From the NCBI RefSeq assembly GCF_009914755.1, contig NC_060943.1: a stretch of 64,000 nt of DNA. One strand, written 5' to 3'. Position 1 is the first letter of the stretch, and every line of letters begins with the position of its first letter. The notes beneath the pieces are model-generated. The model did no database searches. It was not told the origin of the DNA and saw nothing but the letters and a program-made list of their open reading frames with translations. Positions 1 through 12,600 of this stretch are shown here, piece by piece. Made by a program: the position numbers and the translations under genes. The DNA is from the human T2T-CHM13v2.0 reference genome, Homo sapiens.

Positions 1-148
1 TCACACACAAACTAGCCAGAAGCATTCTCAGAAACTTCTTTGTGATGTGTGCGTTGAACCCAGAGAGATGAACCTTTCCTTTGATAGAGCAGTTTTGAAA
101 CGTGTTTTTGTAAGATCGGCAAGTGGATAATTGGCTTCGCTTTGTGTC

Positions 149-165
149 CTTTGGTGGAAACGGGA
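149..165 (+). other. Degenerate CENP-B box, monomer 1 (present in each HOR)
   Basis: CTTTGGTGGAAACGGGA: the CGGG half is intact, but TTCG is TTTG relative to the core NTTCGNNNNANNCGGGN. Confidence 0.85.
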
Positions 166-660
166 ATATCTTCTAATAAAAACTAGACAGAAATATTCTC
201 AGAATCTCCTTTGTGATGTGGGCATTCAACTAACACAGTTGAACATTTCTTTTCACAGAGCAGTTTTGAAACACTCTTTTGGTAGAATCTGCCAGTGGAT
301 ATTTGGAGCGCTTGGAGGGCTATTGTGCCAATGGAAATATCTGCCCCTGAAAACTAGACAGAAGCATTCTCAGAAACTACTTCGTGATGTCTGCATTCAA
401 CACACAGAGTTGAACATACCTCTTCACAGAGCAGTTTTGAAAACCTCTTTCTGTAGAATCTGCAAGTGGATATTCGGACCACTTTGAGGCCTTCATAGGA
501 AACAGTAATATCTTCACATAAAAACTAGATAGAAGCATTGTCAGAAAGTTCTTTGTGATGTGTGAATTCAACTCACAGAGTTGAACCTTCCTTTAATAGA
601 GCAGTTTTGAAACACTCTTTTTCTAGAATCTGCAAGTAGATATTTGGAGCGCTTTGAGGC

Positions 661-677
661 CTTCGTTGGAAACCGGA
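661..677 (+). other. Degenerate CENP-B box, monomer 4 (present in each HOR)
   Basis: CTTCGTTGGAAACCGGA is one mismatch from canonical CTTCGTTGGAAACGGGA, but the mismatch is at an essential position (CGGG>CCGG). Confidence 0.9.
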
Positions 678-1001
678 ATATCTTCACAGGAAAAGTAGAT
701 AGAGGCATTCTCAGAAACTTTTTTGTGATATGTAGATTCAACTCACAGCGTTGAACCTTTCTTTGGATGGAGCAGTTTTGAAAAACTCTTTTATCGAATC
801 TGCAGGTAGACATTTGGGGTGCTTTGAGGGCTGTGGTGCAAAAGGAAATGTCTTCCCATAGAAACTAGACTGAAGCATTCTCAGCAACTTCTTGGTGACG
901 TTTGCATTCATCTCACAGTGTTGAACATACCTTTCCATAGAGTGGTTTTGAAACACTGTTTTTGTAGAATCGGCAAGTGGATATTTGGACTGCTTTGAGG
1001 C

Positions 1002-1018
1002 CTTCATCGGAAACGGGA
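1002..1018 (+). other. Degenerate CENP-B box, monomer 6 (majority allele)
   Basis: CTTCATCGGAAACGGGA: TTCG>TTCA breaks the core; the other core positions are intact. Confidence 0.9.
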
Positions 1019-1343
1019 ATATCTTCACATAAACACTAGAGAGAAGCATTCTCAGAAACTTCTTTGTGATCTGTCCATTCAACTCACAGAGTTGAACCTT
1101 CCTTTTTATGGAGCAGTTTTGAAACACTCCTTTTGGAGAATCTGCAAGTGGATATTTGGAGCGCTTTGAGGCCTATGGTAGAAAAAGAAATATCTGCCTC
1201 TAAAAACCAGACAGAAGCATTCCGAGAAACTTCTTTGTGATGTTTGCATTCAACTAGCAGAGTTGAACCTTCCTTTTGATAGGGCAGTTTGGAAACACTC
1301 TTTTTGTAGAATCTGCATGTGGATATCTGGAGCGGTTTGAGGC

Positions 1344-1360
1344 CTACGGTCAAAAAGGAA
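1344..1360 (+). other. pJalpha-type (A-box) motif, monomer 8; related A-boxes at 320, 831, 1173, 1511, 1852, 2023
   Basis: CTACGGTCAAAAAGGAA resembles the A-type consensus CTAYGGTGRAAAAGGAA and lies at the position occupied by the CENP-B box in B monomers. Confidence 0.75.
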
Positions 1361-4300
1361 ATATCTTCCTGGGAAAAATAGACGAAAGCATTCTCAGAAA
1401 GTGCTTTGTGATATGTGCATTCGACTCACCGAGTTGAAACTTTTTTTTGATAGAGCAGTTTTGAAACACTCTGTAGAATCTGAAAGTGGATAGTTGGAGC
1501 TCTTTGACGGCTATGGCGGAAAAGAAAATATATTCACATTAAAGTAGACAGCAGCATTCTCAGAAACTTCTTTAGGATGTTTGCAGTAAACTCACAGAGT
1601 TGAACCTACCTTTCCGTAGAGCAGTTTTGAAACACTCTGTTTGTGGGATCCGCAAGGGGATATTTGGACCGCTTTGAGACCTTTGCTGGAAATGGGAATA
1701 TCTTCACATATAAACTAGACAGAAGCATTCTCAGAAACTTCTTCGTGATGTGTGCATTCTCCTCCCGAATTTGAATCTTCCTTTTCATGAAGCAGTTTTG
1801 AAACACTCTGTTTGTGCAATCCACAATTGGATAATTGGAACGCTTTGATGCCCATGGTAGAAAAGGAAATATCCTCATATAAAAACTAGACAGAAGGATT
1901 CACAGAAAATGCTTTGTGATGTGTGCATTCAAATCACGGAGTTGAATCTTTCTTTTGTCAGAGCAGTTTTGAAACACTGTTTCTGTGGAATCTGCCAGCG
2001 GACACTTGGAGCGCTTTGAGGGCTACGGTGGAGAAGGAAATATCTTCCCATAAAAACTAGAAAGAAGCATTCTCAGAAACATTTATGTGAAGCGTGCATT
2101 CAACTCACAGAGTTGAACCTTCCTTTTGATACAACAGTTTTGAAACACTCTTTTGAACAATTGCAGGTGAATCTTTGGAGCGCTTTGAAGCCTTTTTTGG
2201 AAATGGGAATATCTTCACACACAAACTAGCCAGAAGAATTCTCAGAAACTTCTTTGTGATGTGTGCGTTGAACCCAGAGAGATGAACCTTTCCTTTGATA
2301 GAGCAGTTTTGAAACGTGTTTTTGTAAGATCGGCAAGCGGATAATTGGCTTCGCTTTGTGTCCTTTGGTGGAAACGGGAATATCTTCTAATAAAAACTAG
2401 ACAGAAATATTCTCAGAATCTCCTTTGTGATGTGGGCATTCAACTAACACAGTTGAACATTTCTTTTCACAGAGCAGTTTTGAAACACTCTTTTGGTAGA
2501 ATCTGCCAGTGGATATTTGGAGCGCTTGGAGGGCTATTGTGCCAATGGAAATATCTGCCCCTGAAAACTAGACAGAAGCATTCTCAGAAACTACTTCGTC
2601 ATGTCTGCATTCAACACACAGAGTTGAACATACCTCTTCACAGAGCAGTTTTGAAAACCTCTTTCTGTAGAATCTGCAAGTGGATATTCGGACCACTTTG
2701 AGGCCTTCATAGGAAAGAGTAATATCTTCACATAAAAACTAGATAGAAGCATTGTCAGAAAGTTCTTTGTGATGTGTGAATTCAACTCACAGAGTTGAAC
2801 CTTCCTTTAATAGAGCAGTTTTGAAACACTCTTTTTCTAGAATCTGCAAGTAGATATTTGGAGCGCTTTGAGGCCTTCGTTGGAAACCGGAATATCTTCA
2901 CAGGAAAAGTAGATAGAGGCATTCTCAGAAACTTTTTTGTGATATGTAGATTCAACTCACAGCGTTGAACCTTTCTTTGGATGGAGCAGTTTTGAAAAAC
3001 TCTTTTATCGAATCTGCAGGTAGACATTTGGGGTGCTTTGAGGGCTGTGGTGCAAAAGGAAATGTCTTCCCATAGAAACTAGACTGAAGCATTCTCAGCA
3101 ACTTCTTGGTGACGTTTGCATTCATCTCACAGTGTTGAACATACCTTTCCATAGAGTGGTTTTGAAACACTGTTTTTGTAGAATCGGCAAGTGGATATTT
3201 GGACTGCTTTGAGGCCTTCATCGGAAACGGGAATATCTTCACATAAACACTAGAGAGAAGCATTCTCAGAAACTTCTTTGTCATCTGTCCATTCAACTCA
3301 CAGAGTTGAACCTTCCTTTTTATGGAGCAGTTTTGAAACACTCCTTTTGGAGAATCTGCAAGTGGATATTTGGAGCGCTTTGAGGCCTATGGTAGAAAAA
3401 GAAATATCTGCCTCTAAAAACCAGACAGAAGCATTCCGAGAAACTTCTTTGTGATGTTTGCATTCAACTAGCAGAGTTGAACCTTCCTTTTGATAGGGCA
3501 GTTTGGAAACACTCTTTTTGTAGAATCTGCATGTGGATATCTGGAGCGGTTTGAGGCCTACGGTCAAAAAGGAAATATCTTCCTGGGAAAAATAGACGAA
3601 AGCATTCTCAGAAAGTGCTTTGTGATATGTGCATTCGACTCACCGAGTTGAAACTTTTTTTTGATAGAGCAGTTTTGAAACACTCTGTAGAATCTGAAAG
3701 TGGATATTTGGAGCTCTTTGAGGGCTATGGCGGAAAAGAAAATATATTCACATTAAAGTAGACAGCAGCATTCTCAGAAACTTCTTTAGGATGTTTGCAG
3801 TAAACTCACAGAGTTGAACCTACCTTTCCGTAGAGCAGTTTTGAAACACTCTGTTTGTGGGATCCGCAAGGGGATATTTGGACCGCTTTGAGACCTTTGC
3901 TGGAAATGGGAATATCTTCACATATAAACTAGACAGAAGCATTCTCAGAAACTTCTTCGTGATGTGTGCATTCTCCTCCCGAATTTGAATCTTCCTTTTC
4001 ATGAAGCAGTTTTGAAACACTCTGTTTGTGCAATCCACAATTGGATAATTGGAACGCTTTGATGCCCATGGTAGAAAAGGAAATATCCTCATATAAAAAC
4101 TAGACAGAAGGATTCACAGAAAATGCTTTGTGATGTGTGCATTCAAATCACAGAGTTGAATCTTTCTTTTGTCAGAGCAGTTTTGAAACACTGTTACTGT
4201 GGAATCTGCCAGCGGACACTTGGAGCGCTTTGAGGGCTATGGTGGAGAAGGAAATATCTTCACATAAAAACTAGAAAGAAGCATTCTCAGAAACATTTAT

Positions 4301-6664
4301 GTGAAGCGTGCATTCAACTCACAGAGTTGAACCTTCCTTTTGATACAACAGTTTTGAAACACTCTTTGGAACAATTGCAGGTGAATCTTTGGAGCGCTTT
4401 GAAGCCTTTGTTGGAAATGGGAATATCTTCACACACAAACTAGCCAGAAGCATTCCCAGAAACTTCTTTGTGATGTGTGCGTTGAACCCAGAGAGATGAA
4501 CCTTTCCTTTGATAGAGCAGTTTTGAAACGTGTTTTTGTAAGATCGGCAAGCGGATAATTGGCTTCGCTTTGTGTCCTTTGGTGGAAACGGGAATATCTT
4601 CTAATAAAAACTAGACAGAAATATTCTCAGAATCTCCTTTGTGATGTGGGCATTCAACTAACACAGTTGAACATTTCTTTTCACAGAGCAGTTTTGAAAC
4701 ACTCTTTTGGTAGAATCTGCCAGTGGATATTTGGAGCGCTTGGAGGGCTATTGTGCCAATGGAAATATCTGCCCCTGAAAACTAGACAGAAGCATTCTCA
4801 GAAACTACTTCGTGATGTCTGCATTCAACACACAGAGTTGAACATACCTCTTCACAGAGCAGTTTTGAAAACCTCTTTCTGTAGAATCTGCAAGTGGATA
4901 TTCGGACCACTTTGAGGCCTTCATAGGAAACAGTAATATCTTCACATAAAAACTAGATAGAAGCATTGTCAGAAAGTTCTTTGTGATGTGTGAATTCAAC
5001 TCACAGAGTTGAACCTTCCTTTAATAGAGCAGTTTTGAAACACTCTTTTTCTAGAATCTGCAAGTAGATATTTTGAGCGCTTTGAGGCCTTCGTTGGAAA
5101 CCGGAATATCTTCACAGGAAAAGTAGATAGAGGCATTCTCAGAAACTTTTTTGTGATATGTAGATTCAACTCACAGCGTTGAACCTTTCTTTGGATGGAG
5201 CAGTTTTGAAAAACTCTTTTATCGAATCTGCAGGTAGACATTTGGGGTGCTTTGAGGGCTGTGGTGCAAAAGGAAATGTCTTCCCATAGAAACTAGACTG
5301 AAGCATTCTCAGCAACTTCTTGGTGACGTTTGCATTCATCTCACAGTGTTGAACATACCTTTCCATAGAGTGGTTTTGAAACACTGTTTTTGTAGAATCG
5401 GCAATTGGATATTTGGACTGCTTTGAGGCCTTCATCGGAAACGGGAATATCTTCACATAAACACTAGAGAGAAGCATTCTCAGAAACTTCTTTGTGATCT
5501 GTCCATTCAACTCACAGAGTTGAACCTTCCTTTTTATGGAGCAGTTTTGAAACACTCCTTTTGGAGAATCTGCAAGTGGATATTTGGAGCGCTTTGAGGC
5601 CTATGGTAGAAAAAGAAATATCTGCCTCTAAAAACCAGACAGAAGCATTCCGAGAAACTTCTTTGTGATGTTTGCATTTAAGTAGCAGAGTTGAACCTTC
5701 CTTTTGATAGGGCAGTTTGGAAACACTCTTTTTGTAGAATCTGCATGTGGATATCTGGAGCGGTTTGAGGCCTACGGTCAAAAAGGAAATATCTTCCTGG
5801 GAAAAATAGACGAAAGCATTCTCAGAAACTGCTTTGTGATATGTGCATTCGACTCACCGAGTTGAAACTTTTTTTTGATAGAGCAGTTTTGAAACACTCT
5901 GTAGAATCTGAAAGTGGATATTTGGAGCTCTTTGAGGGCTATGGCGGAAAAGAAAATATATTCACATTAAAGTAGACAGCAGCATTCTCAGAAACTTCTT
6001 TAGGATGTTTGCAGTAAACTCACAGAGTTGAACCTACCTTTCCGTAGAGCAGTTTTGAAACACTCTGTTTGTGGGATCCGCAAGTGGATATTTGGACCGC
6101 TTTGAGACCTTTGCTGGAAATGGGAATATCTTCACATATAAACTAGACAGAAGCATTCTCAGAAACTTCTTCATGATGTGTGCATTCTCCTCCCGAATTT
6201 GAATCTTCCTTTTCATGAAGCAGTTTTGAAACACTCTGTTTGTGCAATCCACAATTGGATAATTGGAACGCTTTGATGCCCATGGTAGAAAAGGAAATAT
6301 CCTCATATAAAAACTAGACAGAAGGATTCACAGAAAATGCTTTGTGATGTGTGCATTCAAATCACGGAGTTGAATCTTTCTTTTGTCAGAGCAGTTTTGA
6401 AACACTGTTACTGTGGAATCTTCCAGCGGACACTTGGAGCGCTTTGAGGGCTATGGTGGAGAAGGAAATATCTTCACATAAAAACTAGAAAGAAGCATTC
6501 TCAGAAACATTTATGTGAAGCGTGCATTCAACTCACAGAGTTGAACCTTCCTTTTGATACAACAGTTTTGAAACACTCTTTGGAACAATTGCAGGTGAAT
6601 CTTTGGAGCGCTTTGAAGCCTTTGTTGGAAATGGGAATATCTTCACACACAAACTAGCCAGAAG

Positions 6665-9600
6665 CATTCCCAGAAACTTCTTTGTGATGTGTGCGTTGAA
6701 CCCAGAGAGATGAACCTTTCCTTTGATAGAGCAGTTTTGAAACGTGTTTTTGTAAGATCGGCAAGCGGATAATTGGCTTCGCTTTGTGTCCTTTGTTGGA
6801 AACGGGAATATCTTCTAATAAAAACTAGACAGAAATATTCTCAGAATCTCCTTTGTGATGTGGGCATTCAACTAACACAGTTGAACATTTCTTTTCACAG
6901 AGCAGTTTTGAAACACTCTTTTGGTAGAATCTGCCAGTGGATATTTGGAGCGCTTGGAGGGCTATTGTGCCAATGGAAACATCTGCCCCTGAAAACTAGA
7001 CAGAAGCATTCTCAGAAACTACTTCGTGATGTCTGCATTCAACACACAGAGTTGAACATACCTCTTCACAGAGCAGTTTTGAAAACCTCTTTCTGTAGAA
7101 TCTGCAAGTGGATATTCGGACCACTTTGAGGCCTTCATAGGAAACAGTAATATCTTCACATAAAAACTAGATAGAAGCATTGTCAGAAACTTCTTTGTGA
7201 TGTGTGAATTCAACTCACAGAGTTGAACCTTCCTTTAATAGAGCAGTTGTGAAACACTCTTTTTCTAGAATCTGCAAGTAGATATTTGGAGCGCTTTGAG
7301 GCCTTCGTTGGAAACCGGAATATCTTCACAGGAAAAGTAGATAGAGGCATTCTCAGAAACTTTTTTGTGATATGTAGATTCAACTCACAGCGTTGAACCT
7401 TTCTTTGGATGGAGCAGTTTTGAAAAACTCTTTTATCGAATCTGCAGGTAGACATTTGGGGTGCTTTGAGGGCTGTGGTGCAAAAGGAAATGTCTTCCCA
7501 TAGAAACTAGACTGAAGCATTCTCAGCAACTTCTTGGTGACGTTTGCATTCATCTCACAGTGTTGAACATACCTTTCCATAGAGTGGTTTTGAAACACTG
7601 TTTTTGTAGAATCGGCAAGTGGATATTTGGACTGCTTTCAGGCCTTCATCGGAAACGGGAATATCTTCACATAAACACTAGAGAGAAGCATTCTCAGAAA
7701 CTTCTTTGTCATCTGTCCATTCAACTCACAGAGTTGAACCTTCCTTTTTATGGAGCAGTTTTGAAACACTCCTTTTGGAGAATCTGCAAGTGGATATTTG
7801 GAGCGCTTTGAGGCCTATGGTAGAAAAAGAAATATCTGCCTCTAAAAACCAGACAGAAGCATTCCGAGAAACTTCTTTGTGATGTTTGCATTCAACTAGC
7901 AGAGTTGAACCTTCCTTTTGATAGGGCAGTTTGGAAACACTCTTTTTGTAGAATCTGCATGTGGATATCTGGAGCGGTTTGAGGCCTACGGTCAAAAAGG
8001 AAATATCTTCCTGGGAAAAATAGACGAAAGCATTCTCAGAAAGTGCTTTGTGATATGTGCATTCGACTCACCGAGTTGAAACTTTTTTTTGATAGAGCAG
8101 TTTTGAAACACTCTGTAGAATCTGAAAGTGGATAGTTGGAGCTCTTTGACGGCTATGGCGGAAAAGAAAATATATTCACATTAAAGTAGACAGCAGCATT
8201 CTCAGAAACTTCTTTAGGATGTTTGCAGTAAACTCACAGAGTTGAACCTACCTTTCCGTAGAGCAGTTTTGAAACACTCTGTTTGTGGGATCCGCAAGTG
8301 GATATTTGGACCGCTTTGAGACCTTTGCTGGAAATGGGAATATCTTCACATATAAACTAGACAGAAGCATTCTCAGAAACTTCTTCATGATGTGTGCATT
8401 CTCCTCCCGAATTTGAATCTTCCTTTTCATGAAGCAGTTTTGAAACACTCTGTTTGTGCAATCCACAATTGGATAATTGGAACGCTTTGATGCCCATGGT
8501 AGAAAAGGAAATATCCTCATATAAAAACTAGACAGAAGGATTCACAGAAAATGCTTTGTGATGTGTGCATTCAAATCACGGAGTTGAATCTTTCTTTTGT
8601 CAGAGCAGTTTTGAAACACTGTTACTGTGGAATCTTCCAGCGGACACTTGGAGCGCTTTGAGGGCTATGGTGGAGAAGGAAATATCTTCACATAAAAACT
8701 AGAAAGAAGCATTCTCAGAAACATTTATGTGAAGCGTGCATTCAACTCACAGAGTTGAACCTTCCTTTTGATACAACAGTTTTGAAACACTCTTTGGAAC
8801 AATTGCAGGTGAATCTTTGGAGCGCTTTGAAGCCTTTGTTGGAAATGGGAATATCTTCACACACAAACTAGCCAGAAGCATTCCCAGAAACTTCTTTGTG
8901 ATGTGTGCGTTGAACCCAGAGAGATGAACCTTTCCTTTGATAGAGCAGTTTTGAAACGTGTTTTTGTAAGATCGGCAAGCGGATAATTGGCTTCGCTTTG
9001 TGTCCTTTGTTGGAAACGGGAATATCTTCTAATAAAAACTAGACAGAAATATTCTCAGAATCTCCTTTGTGATGTGGGCATTCAACTAACACAGTTGAAC
9101 ATTTCTTTTCACAGAGCAGTTTTGAAACACTCTTTTGGTAGAATCTGCCAGTGGATATTTGGAGCGCTTGGAGGGCTATTGTGCCAATGGAAACATCTGC
9201 CCCTGAAAACTAGACAGAAGCATTCTCAGAAACTACTTCGTGATGTCTGCATTCAACACACAGAGTTGAACATACCTCTTCACAGAGCAGTTTTGAAAAC
9301 CTCTTTCTGTAGAATCTGCAAGTGGATATTCGGACCACTTTGAGGCCTTCATAGGAAACAGTAATATCTTCACATAAAAACTAGATAGAAGCATTGTCAG
9401 AAACTTCTTTGTGATGTGTGAATTCAACTCACAGAGTTGAACCTTCCTTTAATAGAGCAGTTGTGAAACACTCTTTTTCTAGAATCTGCAAGTAGATATT
9501 TGGAGCGCTTTGAGGCCTTCGTTGGAAACCGGAATATCTTCACAGGAAAAGTAGATAGAGGCATTCTCAGAAACTTTTTTGTGATATGTAGATTCAACTC

Positions 9601-12600
9601 ACAGCGTTGAACCTTTCTTTGGATGGAGCAGTTTTGAAAAACTCTTTTATCGAATCTGCAGGTAGACATTTGGGGTGCTTTGAGGGCTGTGGTGCAAAAG
9701 GAAATGTCTTCCCATAGAAACTAGACTGAAGCATTCTCAGCAACTTCTTGGTGACGTTTGCATTCATCTCACAGTGTTGAACATACCTTTCCATAGAGTG
9801 GTTTTGAAACACTGTTTTTGTAGAATCGGCAAGTGGATATTTGGACTGCTTTCAGGCCTTCATCGGAAACGGGAATATCTTCACATAAACACTAGAGAGA
9901 AGCATTCTCAGAAACTTCTTTGTCATCTGTCCATTCAACTCACAGAGTTGAACCTTCCTTTTTATGGAGCAGTTTTGAAACACTCCTTTTGGAGAATCTG
10001 CAAGTGGATATTTGGAGCGCTTTGAGGCCTATGGTAGAAAAAGAAATATCTGCCTCTAAAAACCAGACAGAAGCATTCCGAGAAACTTCTTTGTGATGTT
10101 TGCATTCAACTAGCAGAGTTGAACCTTCCTTTTGATAGGGCAGTTTGGAAACACTCTTTTTGTAGAATCTGCATGTGGATATCTGGAGCGGTTTGAGGCC
10201 TACGGTCAAAAAGGAAATATCTTCCTGGGAAAAATAGACGAAAGCATTCTCAGAAAGTGCTTTGTGATATGTGCATTCGACTCACCGAGTTGAAACTTTT
10301 TTTTGATAGAGCAGTTTTGAAACACTCTGTAGAATCTGAAAGTGGATATTTGGAGCTCTTTGAGGGCTATGGCGGAAAAGAAAATATATTCACATTAAAG
10401 TAGACAGCAGCATTCTCAGAAACTTCTTTAGGATGTTTGCAGTAAACTCACAGAGTTGAACCTACCTTTCCGTAGAGCAGTTTTGAAACACTCTGTTTGT
10501 GGGATCCGCAAGTGGATATTTGGACCGCTTTGAGACCTTTGCTGGAAATGGGAATATCTTCACATATAAACTAGACAGAAGCATTCTCAGAAACTTCTTC
10601 ATGATGTGTGCATTCTCCTCCCGAATTTGAATCTTCCTTTTCATGAAGCAGTTTTGAAACACTCTGTTTGTGCAATCCACAATTGGATAATTGGAACGCT
10701 TTGATGCCCATGGTAGAAAAGGAAATATCCTCATATAAAAACTAGACAGAAGGATTCACAGAAAATGCTTTGTGATGTGTGCATTCAAATCACGGAGTTG
10801 AATCTTTCTTTTGTCAGAGCAGTTTTGAAACACTGTTACTGTGGAATCTTCCAGCGGACACTTGGAGCGCTTTGAGGGCTATGGTGGAGAAGGAAATATC
10901 TTCACATAAAAACTAGAAAGAAGCATTCTCAGAAACATTTATGTGAAGCGTGCATTCAACTCACAGAGTTGAACCTTCCTTTTGATACAACAGTTTTGAA
11001 ACACTCTTTGGAACAATTGCAGGTGAATCTTTGGAGCGCTTTGAAGCCTTTGTTGGAAATGGGAATATCTTCACACACAAACTAGCCAGAAGCATTCCCA
11101 GAAACTTCTTTGTGATGTGTGCGTTGAACCCAGAGAGATGAACCTTTCCTTTGATAGAGCAGTTTTGAAACGTGTTTTTGTAAGATCGGCAAGCGGATAA
11201 TTGGCTTCGCTTTGTGTCCTTTGTTGGAAACGGGAATATCTTCTAATAAAAACTAGACAGAAATATTCTCAGAATCTCCTTTGTGATGTGGGCATTCAAC
11301 TAACACAGTTGAACATTTCTTTTCACAGAGCAGTTTTGAAACACTCTTTTGGTAGAATCTGCCAGTGGATATTTGGAGCGCTTGGAGGGCTATTGTGCCA
11401 ATGGAAACATCTGCCCCTGAAAACTAGACAGAAGCATTCTCAGAAACTACTTCGTGATGTCTGCATTCAACACACAGAGTTGAACATACCTCTTCACAGA
11501 GCAGTTTTGAAAACCTCTTTCTGTAGAATCTGCAAGTGGATATTCGGACCACTTTGAGGCCTTCATAGGAAACAGTAATATCTTCACATAAAAACTAGAT
11601 AGAAGCATTGTCAGAAACTTCTTTGTGATGTGTGAATTCAACTCACAGAGTTGAACCTTCCTTTAATAGAGCAGTTGTGAAACACTCTTTTTCTAGAATC
11701 TGCAAGTAGATATTTGGAGCGCTTTGAGGCCTTCGTTGGAAACCGGAATATCTTCACAGGAAAAGTAGATAGAGGCATTCTCAGAAACTTTTTTGTGATA
11801 TGTAGATTCAACTCACAGCGTTGAACCTTTCTTTGGATGGAGCAGTTTTGAAAAACTCTTTTATCGAATCTGCAGGTAGACATTTGGGGTGCTTTGAGGG
11901 CTGTGGTGCAAAAGGAAATGTCTTCCCATAGAAACTAGACTGAAGCATTCTCAGCAACTTCTTGGTGACGTTTGCATTCATCTCACAGTGTTGAACATAC
12001 CTTTCCATAGAGTGGTTTTGAAACACTGTTTTTGTAGAATCGGCAAGTGGATATTTGGACTGCTTTCAGGCCTTCATCGGAAACGGGAATATCTTCACAT
12101 AAACACTAGAGAGAAGCATTCTCAGAAACTTCTTTGTCATCTGTCCATTCAACTCACAGAGTTGAACCTTCCTTTTTATGGAGCAGTTTTGAAACACTCC
12201 TTTTGGAGAATCTGCAAGTGGATATTTGGAGCGCTTTGAGGCCTATGGTAGAAAAAGAAATATCTGCCTCTAAAAACCAGACAGAAGCATTCCGAGAAAC
12301 TTCTTTGTGATGTTTGCATTCAACTAGCAGAGTTGAACCTTCCTTTTGATAGGGCAGTTTGGAAACACTCTTTTTGTAGAATCTGCATGTGGATATCTGG
12401 AGCGGTTTGAGGCCTACGGTCAAAAAGGAAATATCTTCCTGGGAAAAATAGACGAAAGCATTCTCAGAAAGTGCTTTGTGATATGTGCATTCGACTCACC
12501 GAGTTGAAACTTTTTTTTGATAGAGCAGTTTTGAAACACTCTGTAGAATCTGAAAGTGGATATTTGGAGCTCTTTGAGGGCTATGGCGGAAAAGAAAATA

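Larger units (their letters stand above)
23..2236 (+). repeat. First complete HOR unit (H1): 13 monomers, SF5-like (R1/R2) irregular A/B order; probably the chr5/chr19 13-mer family (D5Z1-like)
   Basis: Monomer starts are 23, 194, 365, 536, 706, 876, 1047, 1218, 1389, 1555, 1726, 1897, 2068. Lengths are 171,171,171,170,170,171,171,171,166,171,171,171,169, summing to 2214. Box-region types are B A B B A B A A A B A A B. There is one EcoRI site (564) and one BamHI site (1646) per unit. The 13-mer structure is seen directly; the family and chromosome assignment is from recalled knowledge, not a search. Confidence 0.8.

Noticed and set aside
661-677. Near-perfect CENP-B box CTTCGTTGGAAACCGGA as a functional site
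   Set aside because: The single mismatch hits an essential core base (CGGG>CCGG) in every copy read, so it is not counted as intact.
1819-1832. Small dyad ATCCA-CAAT-TGGAT in m11, and the TTCAACTC-ACA-GAGTTGAA dyad in many monomers
   Set aside because: The first has only a 5-bp stem, which is chance level. The second is a generic alphoid feature. Neither is a terminator or evidence of a new structure.
2195-2717. Cluster of four private transversions around the H1/H2 boundary
   Set aside because: Relatives probably lie upstream of the window, and I cannot distinguish a distinct haplotype from consensus error with this window alone.
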